Of a DNA stretch of 64,000 bases, positions 36,863 through 49,759 are shown piece by piece. The notes under the pieces were generated by a model that saw only the letters and a program-made list of their open reading frames with translations, searched no databases and was not told where the DNA came from. Origin of the DNA: an uncultured delta proteobacterium (GTDB taxonomy: Bacteria > Myxococcota_A > Polyangia > Fen-1088); contig CAWCMR010000010.1 in NCBI GenBank assembly GCA_963796685.1, forward strand, positions 1 through 64,000. The letters are read 5' to 3'. The position numbers were made by a program, and so were the translations under genes. Within the stretch, counting starts at the first letter, position 1. Every line of letters begins with the position of its first letter.

Positions 36863-38299
36863 ATGTTCACACCCAGACCAGGTTTGCCCCCAAAGGAAGT
36901 CCTCGACACCCATCGCAAGGCCTTGGCCATCAACCTGGACGAGCGATGCTACGGCACGCTCGCCGAGATCGGCGCCGGCCAGGAGGTGGCCCGCTGGTTC
37001 TTCCGGGTCGGCGGCGCCGCCGGGACCATCGCCAAGAGTATCTCGGCCTACGACATGGCGGTCAGCGACGCCATCTACGGCCACACCGAGCGCTACGTCT
37101 CGCGCGACCGGCTGCAAAACATGCTCGACTACGAGCACGAGAAGAACGTCAAACGCTTGAGCGCCGCGCGCGGAGACACCACGGCGTTCTTCGTGTTCGC
37201 CGATACCGTGGCGGCCAAGGGTTTTCGCAGCACCTCCTCCGAGTGCCACGGCTGGATGGGGCTGAAGTTCCAGGCCCACCCGCGCGACGACGAGAGTCAG
37301 ATCGTCCTGCACCTGCGCATGCTCGATCGCGAAACCAGCTTGCAGCAGGAAGCCCTCGGAATCGTCGGCGTCAACCTGCTCTACGGCGCGTTCTTCATGC
37401 ACCACGAGCCCCAGCAACTGGTGGAATCGTTGCTCGACAACCTGTCCACCGAGCGGGTGGAGATCGACATGATCGAGTTCTCGGGCATCGAGTTCCGCCA
37501 CGTCGACAACCGCCTCATGAGCCTCAAGCTGGTGCAGCTCGGTCTGTCCCAGGCCGCCATGTTCGACGCCAAGGGCGAGGTCCTGCAGCCGAGCGAGGTG
37601 CTGCACCACAAGCCCGTGCTGGTCCTGCGCGGCACGTTCCGCCCCGTGACCAAGGTGAACATCGACATGTTGCGCTGCGCGCGGGCCGCGTTTGCCCACG
37701 AGCGCGGCACGTCCGAGGACGAGATCGTCGAGATCATGGAGATCACGATGAGCAATCTCCTCAGCGAGGCCGGCGCCGTCGACCCGCGCGACTTCCTGGC
37801 CCGCGCGGACGTCCTCGGTGCGGCCGGCAAGACGGTGCTCATCTCCGACTACTTCGAGTACTACCGGCTGGCGGGCTACCTGCGCCGCTGCACCAGCAAC
37901 GGCATCGCCATCGTTCTCGGCACGGGCGCCCTCGATCAGCTTCTCGACGAGAAGTACTACACCGGGCTCGACGGCGGCATCATGGAGGCTTTCGGTCGCC
38001 TCTTCAGCAAGGACCTGAAGCTCTACGTCTACCCCATGCTGGATCAGGCCACGGGCAAGCTCAATACGGTTACCAACATGAACGTGCCGGCGGGCCTGGC
38101 CAAGCTGCATGGCTACCTTCTCGATCGCGGTTCGCTGGTTCCCATCGAGGGCTACGACCCCGGCGTGCTTCCCATCCTTTCGCGCGAGGTCTTTCGCCTC
38201 CTCAAGATCGGCGATGCCTCGTGGGAGACCATGGTCCCCGAGGAGGTCGCCGAGCTCATCAAGAGGCGCGGGCTCTTCGGTCGCGCGGCGCGCATCTGA
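36863..38299 (+). CDS. conserved protein with C-terminal nucleotidyltransferase-like fold
   Basis: YGTLAEIGAGQEV; RGTFRPVT; SREV...WETMVP. Confidence 0.75.
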   Translation: MFTPRPGLPPKEVLDTHRKALAINLDERCYGTLAEIGAGQEVARWFFRVGGAAGTIAKSISAYDMAVSDAIYGHTERYVSRDRLQNMLDYEHEKNVKRLSAARGDTTAFFVFADTVAAKGFRSTSSECHGWMGLKFQAHPRDDESQIVLHLRMLDRETSLQQEALGIVGVNLLYGAFFMHHEPQQLVESLLDNLSTERVEIDMIEFSGIEFRHVDNRLMSLKLVQLGLSQAAMFDAKGEVLQPSEVLHHKPVLVLRGTFRPVTKVNIDMLRCARAAFAHERGTSEDEIVEIMEITMSNLLSEAGAVDPRDFLARADVLGAAGKTVLISDYFEYYRLAGYLRRCTSNGIAIVLGTGALDQLLDEKYYTGLDGGIMEAFGRLFSKDLKLYVYPMLDQATGKLNTVTNMNVPAGLAKLHGYLLDRGSLVPIEGYDPGVLPILSREVFRLLKIGDASWETMVPEEVAELIKRRGLFGRAARI

Positions 38300-38315
38300 A
38301 ACGCCCCGAAACGGG

Positions 38316-38354
38316 TTGACAGGGTTCACTGCCGTTGTTAGCCTGGGCTAACAA
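38316..38354 (+). promoter_or_regulatory. sigma70 promoter with DtxR-type operator palindrome
   Basis: TTGACA-N17-TAGCCT; TTGTTAGCC-TG-GGCTAACAA over the -10 and start. Confidence 0.7.
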
Positions 38355-39103
38355 TGACCCAGGCGTCTAGCGCGGCGGCCGACGGCGAGATCAGCTCGTC
38401 GCTGGAGGACTATCTCGAAACCATCTATTTGCTCGTGCAAGAGCAGGGCTTTGCCCGCGTCAAGGACGTGGCACGCGCGCGCGACGTGAAGGCGGCCTCG
38501 GTCTCCATCGCGCTTCGCAAGCTGGCCGAGCTCGATCTCGTCCGCTACGAGCGGCGCGAGTACATCGCGCTTACGCCCGAGGGCGAAAAAGCCGGGCGCC
38601 GGGTTTTCTCGCGCCACCGTTTGCTGACGCGCTTCTTCGAAGAGGTCTTGAACATGCCGGCGGAGGCCGCCAGCGAGCAGGCCTGCGTCATGGAGCACAG
38701 CCTGACCGACGAAGCCATGGTTCGCATGGTGCGCTTTTTCGAGTTCCTGGGTGCCTGCCCGTCCGTCATCGAGAGCTTTCGCCAGTGTCCGATGGTGCAG
38801 GAGCGCAAGTCCACGGCGCACGCGCGGTTGCCGCAGTGGTGCTCCGTTTGCGCGAAGAAGAAGGAGTTCCTGTCCATGAGCCTGGCCGACGTGAAGCCAG
38901 GCCAAAGCGCGGTGGTCACCAAGATCGACGCGGTCGGGGCCTTGCGACAGCGGCTGCTCGACATGGGTGTCCTTCCCGAAACCACCATCGATATCGAACG
39001 CGTGGGCCTGGGCGGCGATCCCTTCTGGGTGCGCTGTCAGGGCGCGCGCCTGGCCCTGCGCCGTTCCGAGGCCAATTCCATTCTGGTGCGCACCCCCGTG
39101 TAG
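38354..39103 (+). CDS. DtxR/MntR metal-dependent repressor with C-terminal FeoA domain
   Basis: SLEDYLETIY, RHRLL, ACVMEH; RLLDMGV..GDP. Confidence 0.92.
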   Translation: MTQASSAAADGEISSSLEDYLETIYLLVQEQGFARVKDVARARDVKAASVSIALRKLAELDLVRYERREYIALTPEGEKAGRRVFSRHRLLTRFFEEVLNMPAEAASEQACVMEHSLTDEAMVRMVRFFEFLGACPSVIESFRQCPMVQERKSTAHARLPQWCSVCAKKKEFLSMSLADVKPGQSAVVTKIDAVGALRQRLLDMGVLPETTIDIERVGLGGDPFWVRCQGARLALRRSEANSILVRTPV

Positions 39104-39124
39104 TGCAGGCAAAGAAGCAGATTC

Positions 39125-41296
<2,172 letters not shown>

Positions 41297-41311
41297 ACGA
41301 GGCACAAAGTC

Positions 41312-41470
41312 ATGGAGAACCTCATCGTCTTTCTCATCGTCGCCGCAGCAGGGGTGTGGGGCGGCTGGCGCGTCCTGCACAGGCGCAAAGCCGGCTCGTG
41401 CAGCTCCGGCTGCGCGGGTTGCAGCTGCCCGAGCAAGCCGACTGCGCCTCTGGTGACGTTGAGGCGGTGA
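41312..41470 (+). CDS. FeoB-associated Cys-rich membrane protein (52 aa)
   Basis: MENLIVFLIVAAAGVWGGWRVLHRRKAGSCSSGCAGCSCP..., hand-translated. Confidence 0.85.
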   Translation: MENLIVFLIVAAAGVWGGWRVLHRRKAGSCSSGCAGCSCPSKPTAPLVTLRR

Positions 41471-41507
41471 TCATGCCCGAGGAAAGCCACCGTCGCACAG
41501 GGGTCGC

Positions 41508-41693
41508 ATGCACATCGATCTGAAACAGATCCGCCTCGATCAGGAAGATCCTTGCGATCTGCGCTGTGGCTGCGGCAACCTGCTGGCGCGCCTGGTCTCC
41601 GAGGGCATCGAGCTCAAGTGTCGGCGTTGCAAGCGGACGGTGATGTTGCCTCTCGAGGCGGGTGCGACGATGGAGGTCGGAAACCAGCGGTGA
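41508..41693 (+). CDS. Mu Com-like zinc-finger protein
   Basis: LRCGCGNLLA...IELKCRRCKR. Confidence 0.75.
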   Translation: MHIDLKQIRLDQEDPCDLRCGCGNLLARLVSEGIELKCRRCKRTVMLPLEAGATMEVGNQR

Positions 41694-41830
41694 ACCTTGC
41701 GCCGGAACCAGGGGCGGTCCAGGCCGCTCGGACAATTCAAGGAAGTCGGCGGCCAGCGGTCCGTGAACCCAGAGCCCGAAGACGAGGAATGGTTCCTCGT
41801 TGCCAGTTTCGATTCGGGAAGGAGCTCACG

Positions 41831-43144
41831 ATGCCACAGAAGACAGAACGCTGCGCTCGGGTTCGGACCTCGGTTGCCTGGGTCATCACGCTTGCTTCGG
41901 GATGGGCTGGGGGCGCTCACGCTTCCCCTGAGCAGCCGGCGGCCGCACCCGCCGAGCCACCGGCTGCGACCGCCGCGGTGCCGATGCCCGAGAAGTCGAC
42001 AGCCGACGTCTTTCGCGAGGCCAAGGCACCCGAGGTGGAGTTGCCACGCGAAAGCGCGGTCGAGATCCCCTTGGGACGTGCGCCAGCCATGTCGGGAAGC
42101 GCGTTCGGCGGCTATGGCGAGCTGACGTTGAACGATCCCAGCAACGCCCCGGGCGTCGTGGATCTGCGGCGCCTGGTTCTGTTCTTCGGCCACAACTTCA
42201 CCGACCGTCTGCGCTTCTACTCGGAATTCGAGGTGGAGCACGCCGTCGCTTCGTCGAGCGACCAAGGGGAGGCGGAGGTCGAGCAGGCCTACCTCGACGG
42301 GTTGCTCTCTCGGCGGTTCAACCTGCGCGGCGGTCTCATTCTGATGCCCATGGGCATCGTCAACGTGTACCACGAGCCGCCGAGCTTCAATGGCGTGGAC
42401 CGCCCCGATGTGGACACCTTCGTCATCCCGAGCACGTGGCGCGAGCCGGGCTTCGGCATCTTCGGCGAGCTCGCCGAAGGGTTGCGCTATCAGCTGTATT
42501 TCGTGAACGGCTTTAACGCGAATGGCTTCACCGCCGAGTCCGCCATTCGCGAGGGACACCAGGAGGCGCAGCTCGCCTATGCTGGCGACTACGGTGCCAT
42601 CGCACGCATCGACTACGAGCCCATCTTGGGAACCGTCCTCGGTGCCTCCGCCTACGGCGCGAGCTCGGGGAACTCGTTGAGAGCCACGGTCGGCCGTGTC
42701 CCGGTCGGCTTGTTCGACATCGACGCTCGTTTCCACAAGGCGGGCTTCTCTGCGCGGGCCGAATTCGCGCTGCTGCTCATCGGCGACGCCGGCAAGCTCG
42801 ATCAGGCACTCTTGGCTGGGACGCCCGAGCAGCAGGCCGCCGGGCCCGTGGCCTCCCAGTCGCGCGGCGGCTACGCGGAGGTCGCCTACGATGTGCTCCG
42901 GTTGCTCGCGCCCAGCTCGGAACAGGCCCTGAATGCCTTCACGCGATTCGACTACGCCGACACCCAGGCCTCGGTGCCCAGCGGATTCGTGGCGCGCTCG
43001 GAGTTTCGGCGCTATTCCCAGATGGTCGGTTTGGTCTACAAACCCATCCCTCAAATCGCGCTGAAGATGGACTATAGGCGGCACTGGCTCGGCAACGACG
43101 AGGCCTTCAACGAATTCGCCTCGGCCATCACCTGGTTGTTCTGA
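41831..43144 (+). CDS. outer-membrane porin (iron-locus associated)
   Basis: FGGYGEL, EFEVEH, EQAYLD, HEPP; terminal WLF. Confidence 0.8.
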   Translation: MPQKTERCARVRTSVAWVITLASGWAGGAHASPEQPAAAPAEPPAATAAVPMPEKSTADVFREAKAPEVELPRESAVEIPLGRAPAMSGSAFGGYGELTLNDPSNAPGVVDLRRLVLFFGHNFTDRLRFYSEFEVEHAVASSSDQGEAEVEQAYLDGLLSRRFNLRGGLILMPMGIVNVYHEPPSFNGVDRPDVDTFVIPSTWREPGFGIFGELAEGLRYQLYFVNGFNANGFTAESAIREGHQEAQLAYAGDYGAIARIDYEPILGTVLGASAYGASSGNSLRATVGRVPVGLFDIDARFHKAGFSARAEFALLLIGDAGKLDQALLAGTPEQQAAGPVASQSRGGYAEVAYDVLRLLAPSSEQALNAFTRFDYADTQASVPSGFVARSEFRRYSQMVGLVYKPIPQIALKMDYRRHWLGNDEAFNEFASAITWLF

Positions 43145-43175
43145 TTTCACGAGGCAAGGACAAGGAGCAGACACG

Positions 43176-43715
43176 ATGCAGGCATTCGCTCGACGAGGAT
43201 TTCAACTTCGCTCGGCATCGCTCGAGACCCGGATCGCCTACACCGGCTTCGTGCTGCTCATGCTGCCGGCCCTGTCGACCCTCGTCGCACTTTCCTTCGG
43301 TCGCATCGGGCTCGATCCCCATTCCATCGCGGCGCACTACCGCGGCGGAGAAAGCGAGATGTCCTTCCCCAAGACCTTCTGGCAGCTCGTGGAGACGAGC
43401 CATTTCCATCTCTTCACCATCCCGGTCGTGGCGCTGATTCTGTCCCACCTGCTCTACGCCACGCCGGCGTCTCCGCGGCTGCGTATCTACCTGACGTCGA
43501 TCGTCTTCACGGGTGCATTCCTGGACGCGGTGGGGCCGTGGACGGTTCGCTATCTGTCGGCGGGCTTCGCCTACCTTTTGATGGTCGGGTGGATGTTGCT
43601 CGCGGGCGGCTCCTTGCTCATCGTGATGCTCACGCTCGCCGCGATGTGGGGACCCAAGCGCTGGGGTGCACGCGCAGCCTCGTCGGCTCCCGCCAACGGA
43701 GACGACAGGCCATGA
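43176..43715 (+). CDS. four-TM membrane protein with His residues in TM segments
   Basis: ETSHFHLF, SHL; coupled to the FMN-binding gene. Confidence 0.7.
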   Translation: MQAFARRGFQLRSASLETRIAYTGFVLLMLPALSTLVALSFGRIGLDPHSIAAHYRGGESEMSFPKTFWQLVETSHFHLFTIPVVALILSHLLYATPASPRLRIYLTSIVFTGAFLDAVGPWTVRYLSAGFAYLLMVGWMLLAGGSLLIVMLTLAAMWGPKRWGARAASSAPANGDDRP

Positions 43716-44281
43716 ACCGATCGCTCGCGGCGCTGCTGGCCGCGCCGGGCGTGGTGTTGATTGCGCCCGCTCCCCTGCTAGGGGGACAGACGTACCTTCA
43801 CGAGGCGGACGCGGCACGGGCCATGTTCCCCGAAAGCACCGCCGCGACGAAAAAGCGTCTCGAGCTCGGCGACGTGGAGATGGCGGCGCTCTCCAAGGCG
43901 CTCGGACGACGGATCGAAGCCCGAAGCTATCCTTACCTCGACGTGAAGGGTGAGAAGGGGACGCTGGGATTCATCTTCATCCTGGACGTCATCGGCGAGA
44001 GTCTGCCCATCACCTTCGCCGTCGGGGTAACGGTGGACGGTGCACTCCAGGACATCCAGGTGATGGTGTACCGCGAGCCGCAAGGGGAGGCGATCCAGGA
44101 GAAGCGCTTTCGCAAGCAGTTCGTCGGCAAGCGCGAGAAAGACCCCATCACGCTCGACAAGGACATCGACGCGATCAGCGGAGCGACCATTTCGTCGCGC
44201 TCGGCCACCTTCGCCGCACGCAAAGGGCTGCGGCTTGCCGAGGTGCTGCGCAACCGGGCCTCCGCGGGAGGCAAGCCATGA
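43712..44281 (+). CDS. exported FMN-binding (flavinylated) protein
   Basis: DAISGATISS flavinylation motif. Confidence 0.88.
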   Translation: MNRSLAALLAAPGVVLIAPAPLLGGQTYLHEADAARAMFPESTAATKKRLELGDVEMAALSKALGRRIEARSYPYLDVKGEKGTLGFIFILDVIGESLPITFAVGVTVDGALQDIQVMVYREPQGEAIQEKRFRKQFVGKREKDPITLDKDIDAISGATISSRSATFAARKGLRLAEVLRNRASAGGKP

Positions 44282-45276
44282 GTCGCCAGGCAGTCGCCCG
44301 CCGCGAGCCGCAGTCGGCTCTCGAGGGCGTTCTCGTGCGTCGCGCTCGGCCGCTCATGGGCACGCTGGTCGGCGTCAGTGTTCGCGGATGGAACCGCGAC
44401 GCTCTCGAGCGCGCGATCCGTGGCGCGTTCGCCGAGATGGAGCGCCTCGAAGCCATCCTCTCCGAGTGGCGGCCCGACAGCGTTGTCTCGCGCGTAAATC
44501 GGTCCGCCAGCGAGGCGCCTGTCCCGGTCCCGACCGAGCTCGTCGAGGTCATGGAAATCGCCGCGCGTGTATCCCAGGCGAGCGCGGGGGCTTTCGACAG
44601 CACCTGGGCGGCTCTCTCGGAATTGTGGAGGCTCGACGAGCCCGATTTCCGTCCGCCGGACGCTGCCGCCGTCGCCGCTGCGCGGAAGCTGGTGGATTAC
44701 CGCGAGGTCGTGCTCGACGTGGAGAAGCAGACCGTCTTCCTCAGGCGGAGAGGGATGCGGCTGGGGCTGGGTGGCATCGCCAAGGCCTACATCGCCGAAC
44801 GCGCGGCCGACCTCGCCGTGGCCGCGGGCGTGCGCGACATTCTGATCGATGCAGGCGGCGATGTGGTCGCGCGTGGCCGCAACGGCGAACGCCCCTGGTC
44901 CGTCGGTGTCCGCGATCCGCGCTCGGCCACGAGGCTCATTGCAACCGTCGACTTGAACGACGAAGTGATCTCGACCAGCGGCGACTACGAGCGCTTCGTC
45001 GAGGTGGACGGTCATCGCTATCACCACCTGCTGGATCCGAGAACTGGCTATCCCGCCTCGGCGAGCCAAAGCGCGACGGTCGTGGCACCCGATGGCGCGT
45101 TGGCCGAGGCACTTTCGACCGCGCTCTTCGTCCTCGGTCCACCCGGCCTGGCGATGGTGTCCGGGTTTGCGGGGACCGCGGCTTTTCTCGTGGACGGCGA
45201 TGGTCTGGCGCATTTCACGCCGGGCGCGAGCGCACGCCGGGTGGACATGGCCGCCTTTGGATGGCGTCGAGAATAG
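44278..45276 (+). CDS. apbE: FAD:protein FMN transferase
   Basis: LMGT, LGGIAKAY, DAGGD, STSGDYER, HHLLDPRTG. Confidence 0.93.
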   Translation: MSRQAVARREPQSALEGVLVRRARPLMGTLVGVSVRGWNRDALERAIRGAFAEMERLEAILSEWRPDSVVSRVNRSASEAPVPVPTELVEVMEIAARVSQASAGAFDSTWAALSELWRLDEPDFRPPDAAAVAAARKLVDYREVVLDVEKQTVFLRRRGMRLGLGGIAKAYIAERAADLAVAAGVRDILIDAGGDVVARGRNGERPWSVGVRDPRSATRLIATVDLNDEVISTSGDYERFVEVDGHRYHHLLDPRTGYPASASQSATVVAPDGALAEALSTALFVLGPPGLAMVSGFAGTAAFLVDGDGLAHFTPGASARRVDMAAFGWRRE

Positions 45277-45286
45277 GACCACAAGC

Positions 45287-47259
45287 GTGCGAAGGCCCGC
45301 GCTCCTGCTTCGTAGCCAGATCCTCGGTGTGTGCTGTCTCGCCACCGCGACAGCGGAGCCATCTCTGGTTCACGCGGACCCGATTTGGAGCGGATGGTAC
45401 CTTGGCGGTCACGCCGGTTACACCCGTGGAAAGGCAAACAGCGTTCTCTCCGATTCCCCGGTGCCGACTGCGAGCAGTGTGTTCGGGAGCCTCGATGGCG
45501 GAGCGCTCTTGGGCTATTCCGTCGAGCTGCGTTCCAGGCTAGTGCTTGGGCTGGAGGCCGATGTCTCCTTTCCCGACTTCGGCGACAACGACGATTCTGG
45601 TTTCCTCGCGCCAGACAACCCTCGGCAGCGTCGCCGAGCGGCTCGACCTGTTCGGGCACGCACGCGGTCGGATGGGCTATGCCTTCGATCGCTGGCTGCT
45701 CTATGGCGCGGGGGGCTTTGCCTGGTCGTTGGGACGGTTCACTCAAAGCTCGGGCCAGCCTCCGATGGGCGACGAGCGCCTGCATTTTCGCCTGGGCTGG
45801 ACGATGGGCGCGGGTATCGAGCTGGCCTTTGCCCCGCACTGGAGCACGAGGCTCGAGTACATCTACGACAGGTTCGGCTCGGCCAGCACGACGTTTGCTC
45901 CCGGAGCAAGCGCCGAATCGACGATGGGCCTGCACAGCGTGCGGCTGGCCCTCGACTGGCAGGCCCATGGACCCGGTGCCGACGACACTCGGATGGGCCT
46001 CGTCACGGGCGGGGGCGGCGAGCGCACCTGGAGCCTGCACGGTCAGCTCACGTACATCGAGCAGGGCTACTTCGCGTTTCACTCGCCCTACCAAGGCCCG
46101 AACAGCCTCTCCGGCGCGAGCCAGGTGCGCAATACCGCCAGCGCCACGATATTTCTCGGCCGGAGCTTGTGGCGCGGCGGGGAAATCTACTTCAACCCCG
46201 AGCTCATGCAGGGCTTCGGTCTGAGCAACGTGCACGGCGTGGCCGCCTTTCCCAACGGCGAGGCGCAGAAGTCGAGCTTCGAATTCCCACGCTTCAATGA
46301 CGCGCGATTGTTCCTGAGCCAGACCTTCGAGCTCGGGGGTGCCAGGGAGACGGTCGAGGACGGCCCCAATCAGATCGCGGGCGAGCGCAGCATCTCGCGT
46401 CTCACCGTGACCGTCGGAAAGTTCGCGGTGCTCGACTATTTCCTGCTCAACGCCTACGCAGGCGAGCCGCGCACGGCGTTTCTGAACTGGAACGCCTATG
46501 GCGGCGGCTCCTACGACTGGACCATGGACAAGCTCGAGCTGGACGTGGGGCGGAATGGCCGATCTGAACCAGGCGCAGTGGGCTTTTCGGGCCGGCTACT
46601 TCTTGTTGCCGGATGTCTCCAATTCCAACACCTTCGACACCCACGTGCCCGAGCGCGGCCAATACGTGGCCGAGCTGGAGCTGCGCTACGCGCCGCTTTC
46701 CCATCCAGGCAAGCTGCTCCTCTTCGGGTGGCTGAGCCATGGCAACATGGGCAGCTTCGCTGATGCGCTCGCCGAGCCAAATTCGACGGCGGGCTATCCG
46801 GACATCACCCTGACCCGCCAGGAGCGAACGAACTACGGATTCGTGGTCAGCGTCGAGCAGTCGATTTCTGCCGACGTAGGCCTGTTCTCGCGTGCCAGCT
46901 GGAGTCCCGGTCATGTGGAAGTGATGGGATGGACCGACTGTGACGAGAGCCTAACCTTGGGCGCCGCGCTGAGAGGGACGTCTTGGCGGCGACCAAACGA
47001 TACCCTGGGTGTCGTCGGAGTTGCCGAGGGGTTGTCGGCTATCAATCGCCAGTACTTTGCCGCCGGTGGCATGGGAATTCTCATCGGCGATGGCATGCTC
47101 AATTATCGTCCGGAGATGGTTGTGGAAACCTACTATGCGCTCAGCCCCATCAAGTGGGCGGCGCTGACCTTCGACTATCAGCTCATCGCCAATCCAGGCT
47201 ACAACGCCGACCGCGGGCCGGTCTCGATCTTTTCGGGGCGCCTGCACGCGGCGTTTTGA
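45287..47259 (+). pseudogene. MnoP-like two-barrel porin (small OM barrel plus OprB-type), frameshifts at ~45595 and ~46536
   Basis: WSGWYLGGHAG; NPELMQGFGLS..FPNGEAQK; NPGYNADRGP...LHAAF spread over three ORF-track segments. Confidence 0.8.
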
Positions 47260-47441
47260 TGCGACTCCGTTCACGGAATGCCGGCAACGGCCGACGTCAA
47301 CGAGAGAGCGCCGTGGGACCTCGGCCGATTTTGCAACAAATGCTGTAACGCAATCGTTGCGAGGTAGACGCTCGACTGCGGCGTGCGCCCGACCATGGTT
47401 TCTCCGTATTCACCTCACCGAACTCGCAACAGAGGAGACTC

Positions 47442-49758
47442 ATGCGATCACATAACACGCTCCGGACATTGGCATTCACCACCACCATCGCCGTCGGCGT
47501 CGTGGCATCGAGCGGCTGGCTCAGCGGCTGCACGGGCAACGACCGCGGCGAAGCATCGGGCAGCTTGGGCAGCGGGTCGATCATGCTCACGCTTGCGGCA
47601 GGCGACGCGACCTTCGCCACCTTCAGCTACACCATCACGGGACCGTTCGGGTTCTCCAAGACGGGCAGCCTCGACGTATCGGCGAGCTCGACAGTTTCGG
47701 GCGTCATCGGCGGCTTGCCCGCGGGAAGCGGTTTCAAGATCTCGCTTACCGGAACCTCCCTCGACGGAAACACCCAGTGTGGGGGCGGTGCGACCTTCAG
47801 CGTGGCCGCGCACGGCACCACCCCGGTCAGCATCGCGCTCGATTGCCATCAGCCCGCGAAGACGGGGAGCATCAGCGTGACCGGCACGTTCAACATTTGC
47901 CCGACCATCCAGTCCATCTCGGCCAACCCGGGTGAGGTGCTGGGCGGATCCGACTCGTCCATCACGAGCATGGCGACCGATCCGGATAGCGGTCCATTGC
48001 CGCTGCGCTACCAGTGGACGGCGACCAGCGGCTCATTCAGCGACGCCACGAGCCCGAGCCCGACCTACACCTGCACGACGAACGGGCTTGCGACCTTGAC
48101 CCTGGTGGTTTCCGACGGCAATCCGCAGGCGGCTTGCGCCGACACGGCAGCCGTGCAGGTTACCTGCAGCGGCCACGTGGACTCGGCGGCGGAGCTCTCC
48201 ACGGCGACCAAGATCAAGCACCTGGTCGTGGTGTTCGGCGAGAACATCTCGTTCGACCACTATTTCGGCACTTATCCGAACGCGAAGAACGACTCGGGTG
48301 AAACGCCGTTTGTCGGCAGCTCCCGGAACCCCGAGCGCCAACGGCCTCATCACCCCGCTCGATGTAACCAGTGGTTTCTCGCCGATCCCCGGCGTCGATT
48401 TGCTCGGCAACAACCCGACCGCCGCGAACTCCGCCAATGGCACTGCGGCGATCAACCCGTTCCGCCTGGGACCGGGCCAGGCGGCAACCACCGACCAGGG
48501 GCACAACTACAAACCCGAGCAGCAGGCCTCGGACAACGGTGCCATGGATCTCTTTCCGAAGTACACGGGCACGGCGGGACCACCGCCCGGCAGCCCGACG
48601 GCTGCGGACGGCAAGGGCCTGGTCATGGCCTACTACGACGGCAATACCGTCAGCGAGCTGTGGAACCTGGCGCAGAGCTATGCGCTCAACGACAACTCGT
48701 GGACCACGGTCTTCGGACCCTCCACGCCCGGTGCCATCGACTTGGTCGCGGGTCAGACCAACGGCATCAGCGCCACCAACAAGGATCCCGCCACCATGTC
48801 CACCAGCCACGTGACGCCCGATGGGAACGGCGGCTGGACGCTCATCGGCGACACCGATCCGCTGGGCGACGTGTGCTCCACGGGTTCGGACCAGAATAGC
48901 TTCGCCGGAAGGAACGTCGGCGATTTGCTCAACACCAAGAACGTAACCTGGGGCTGGTTCGAGGGCGGCTTCGACCTGACGCTGACCAATGCCAACGGCA
49001 CGACGGGCTGCTCGCGTAGCACGCCGCAGACCGTGGCCAACCCGGCCGGGATCTCGACCGACTACATTCCGCACCACCAGCCGTTCCAGTACTACCCGTC
49101 GACGGCCAACCTGACCCACGCGCGGCCGAGCTCGCTCGCCGCCATCGGCAGGAGCGTCGAGACCGACGGCGTGACGCCCGAACCGGCCAACCACCAATAC
49201 GACAGCCACGATTTCTTCGAGGCGCTCGCTGCCGGCAACCTGCCCGCGGTCGCGTTCGTGAAGGCACCAGCCTTCCAGGACGGCCACGCGGGATACTCGA
49301 ATCCCATCGACGAGCAGAACTTCATCGTGCAGGTGGTGTCGGCCATTCAGTCGAGCCAGGAGTGGGCCTCGACCGCCATCGTGCTGGCCTACGACGATTC
49401 GGACGGCTGGTACGATCACCAGATGCCTCCCATCGTGAATCCGTCGACCGGCGTGGCCGATGCCCTCAATGGCCCGGGGCTGTGCACCACGGGCCTGCAG
49501 CAGGGGGGCGCGGCGCCCGCGACGCCGCTCCTCGGCGTCGACGGCAAGCCGGCGCTCGGCCGTTGCGGCTACGGGACGCGCATGCCGCTCTTGGTGGTGT
49601 CGCCGTATGCCAAGCACAACTACGTCGATCACACGCTGACCGACCAGTCTTCGATTCTCAAGTTCATCGAGGACAACTGGCTGGGCGGCGAGCGCATCCA
49701 GACGGGTGGCTCGTTCGACACCATCGCGGGTACCATCGAGAACATGCTAACCCTGTGA
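47442..49758 (+). pseudogene. lipoprotein phosphoesterase (PLC/AcpA family) with Ig-like N-terminus, frameshift at ~48315
   Basis: LSGC lipobox; IKHLVVVFGENISFDHYFG; YDDSDGWYDH; GYGTRMP. Confidence 0.85.
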
Positions 49759-49759
49759 G

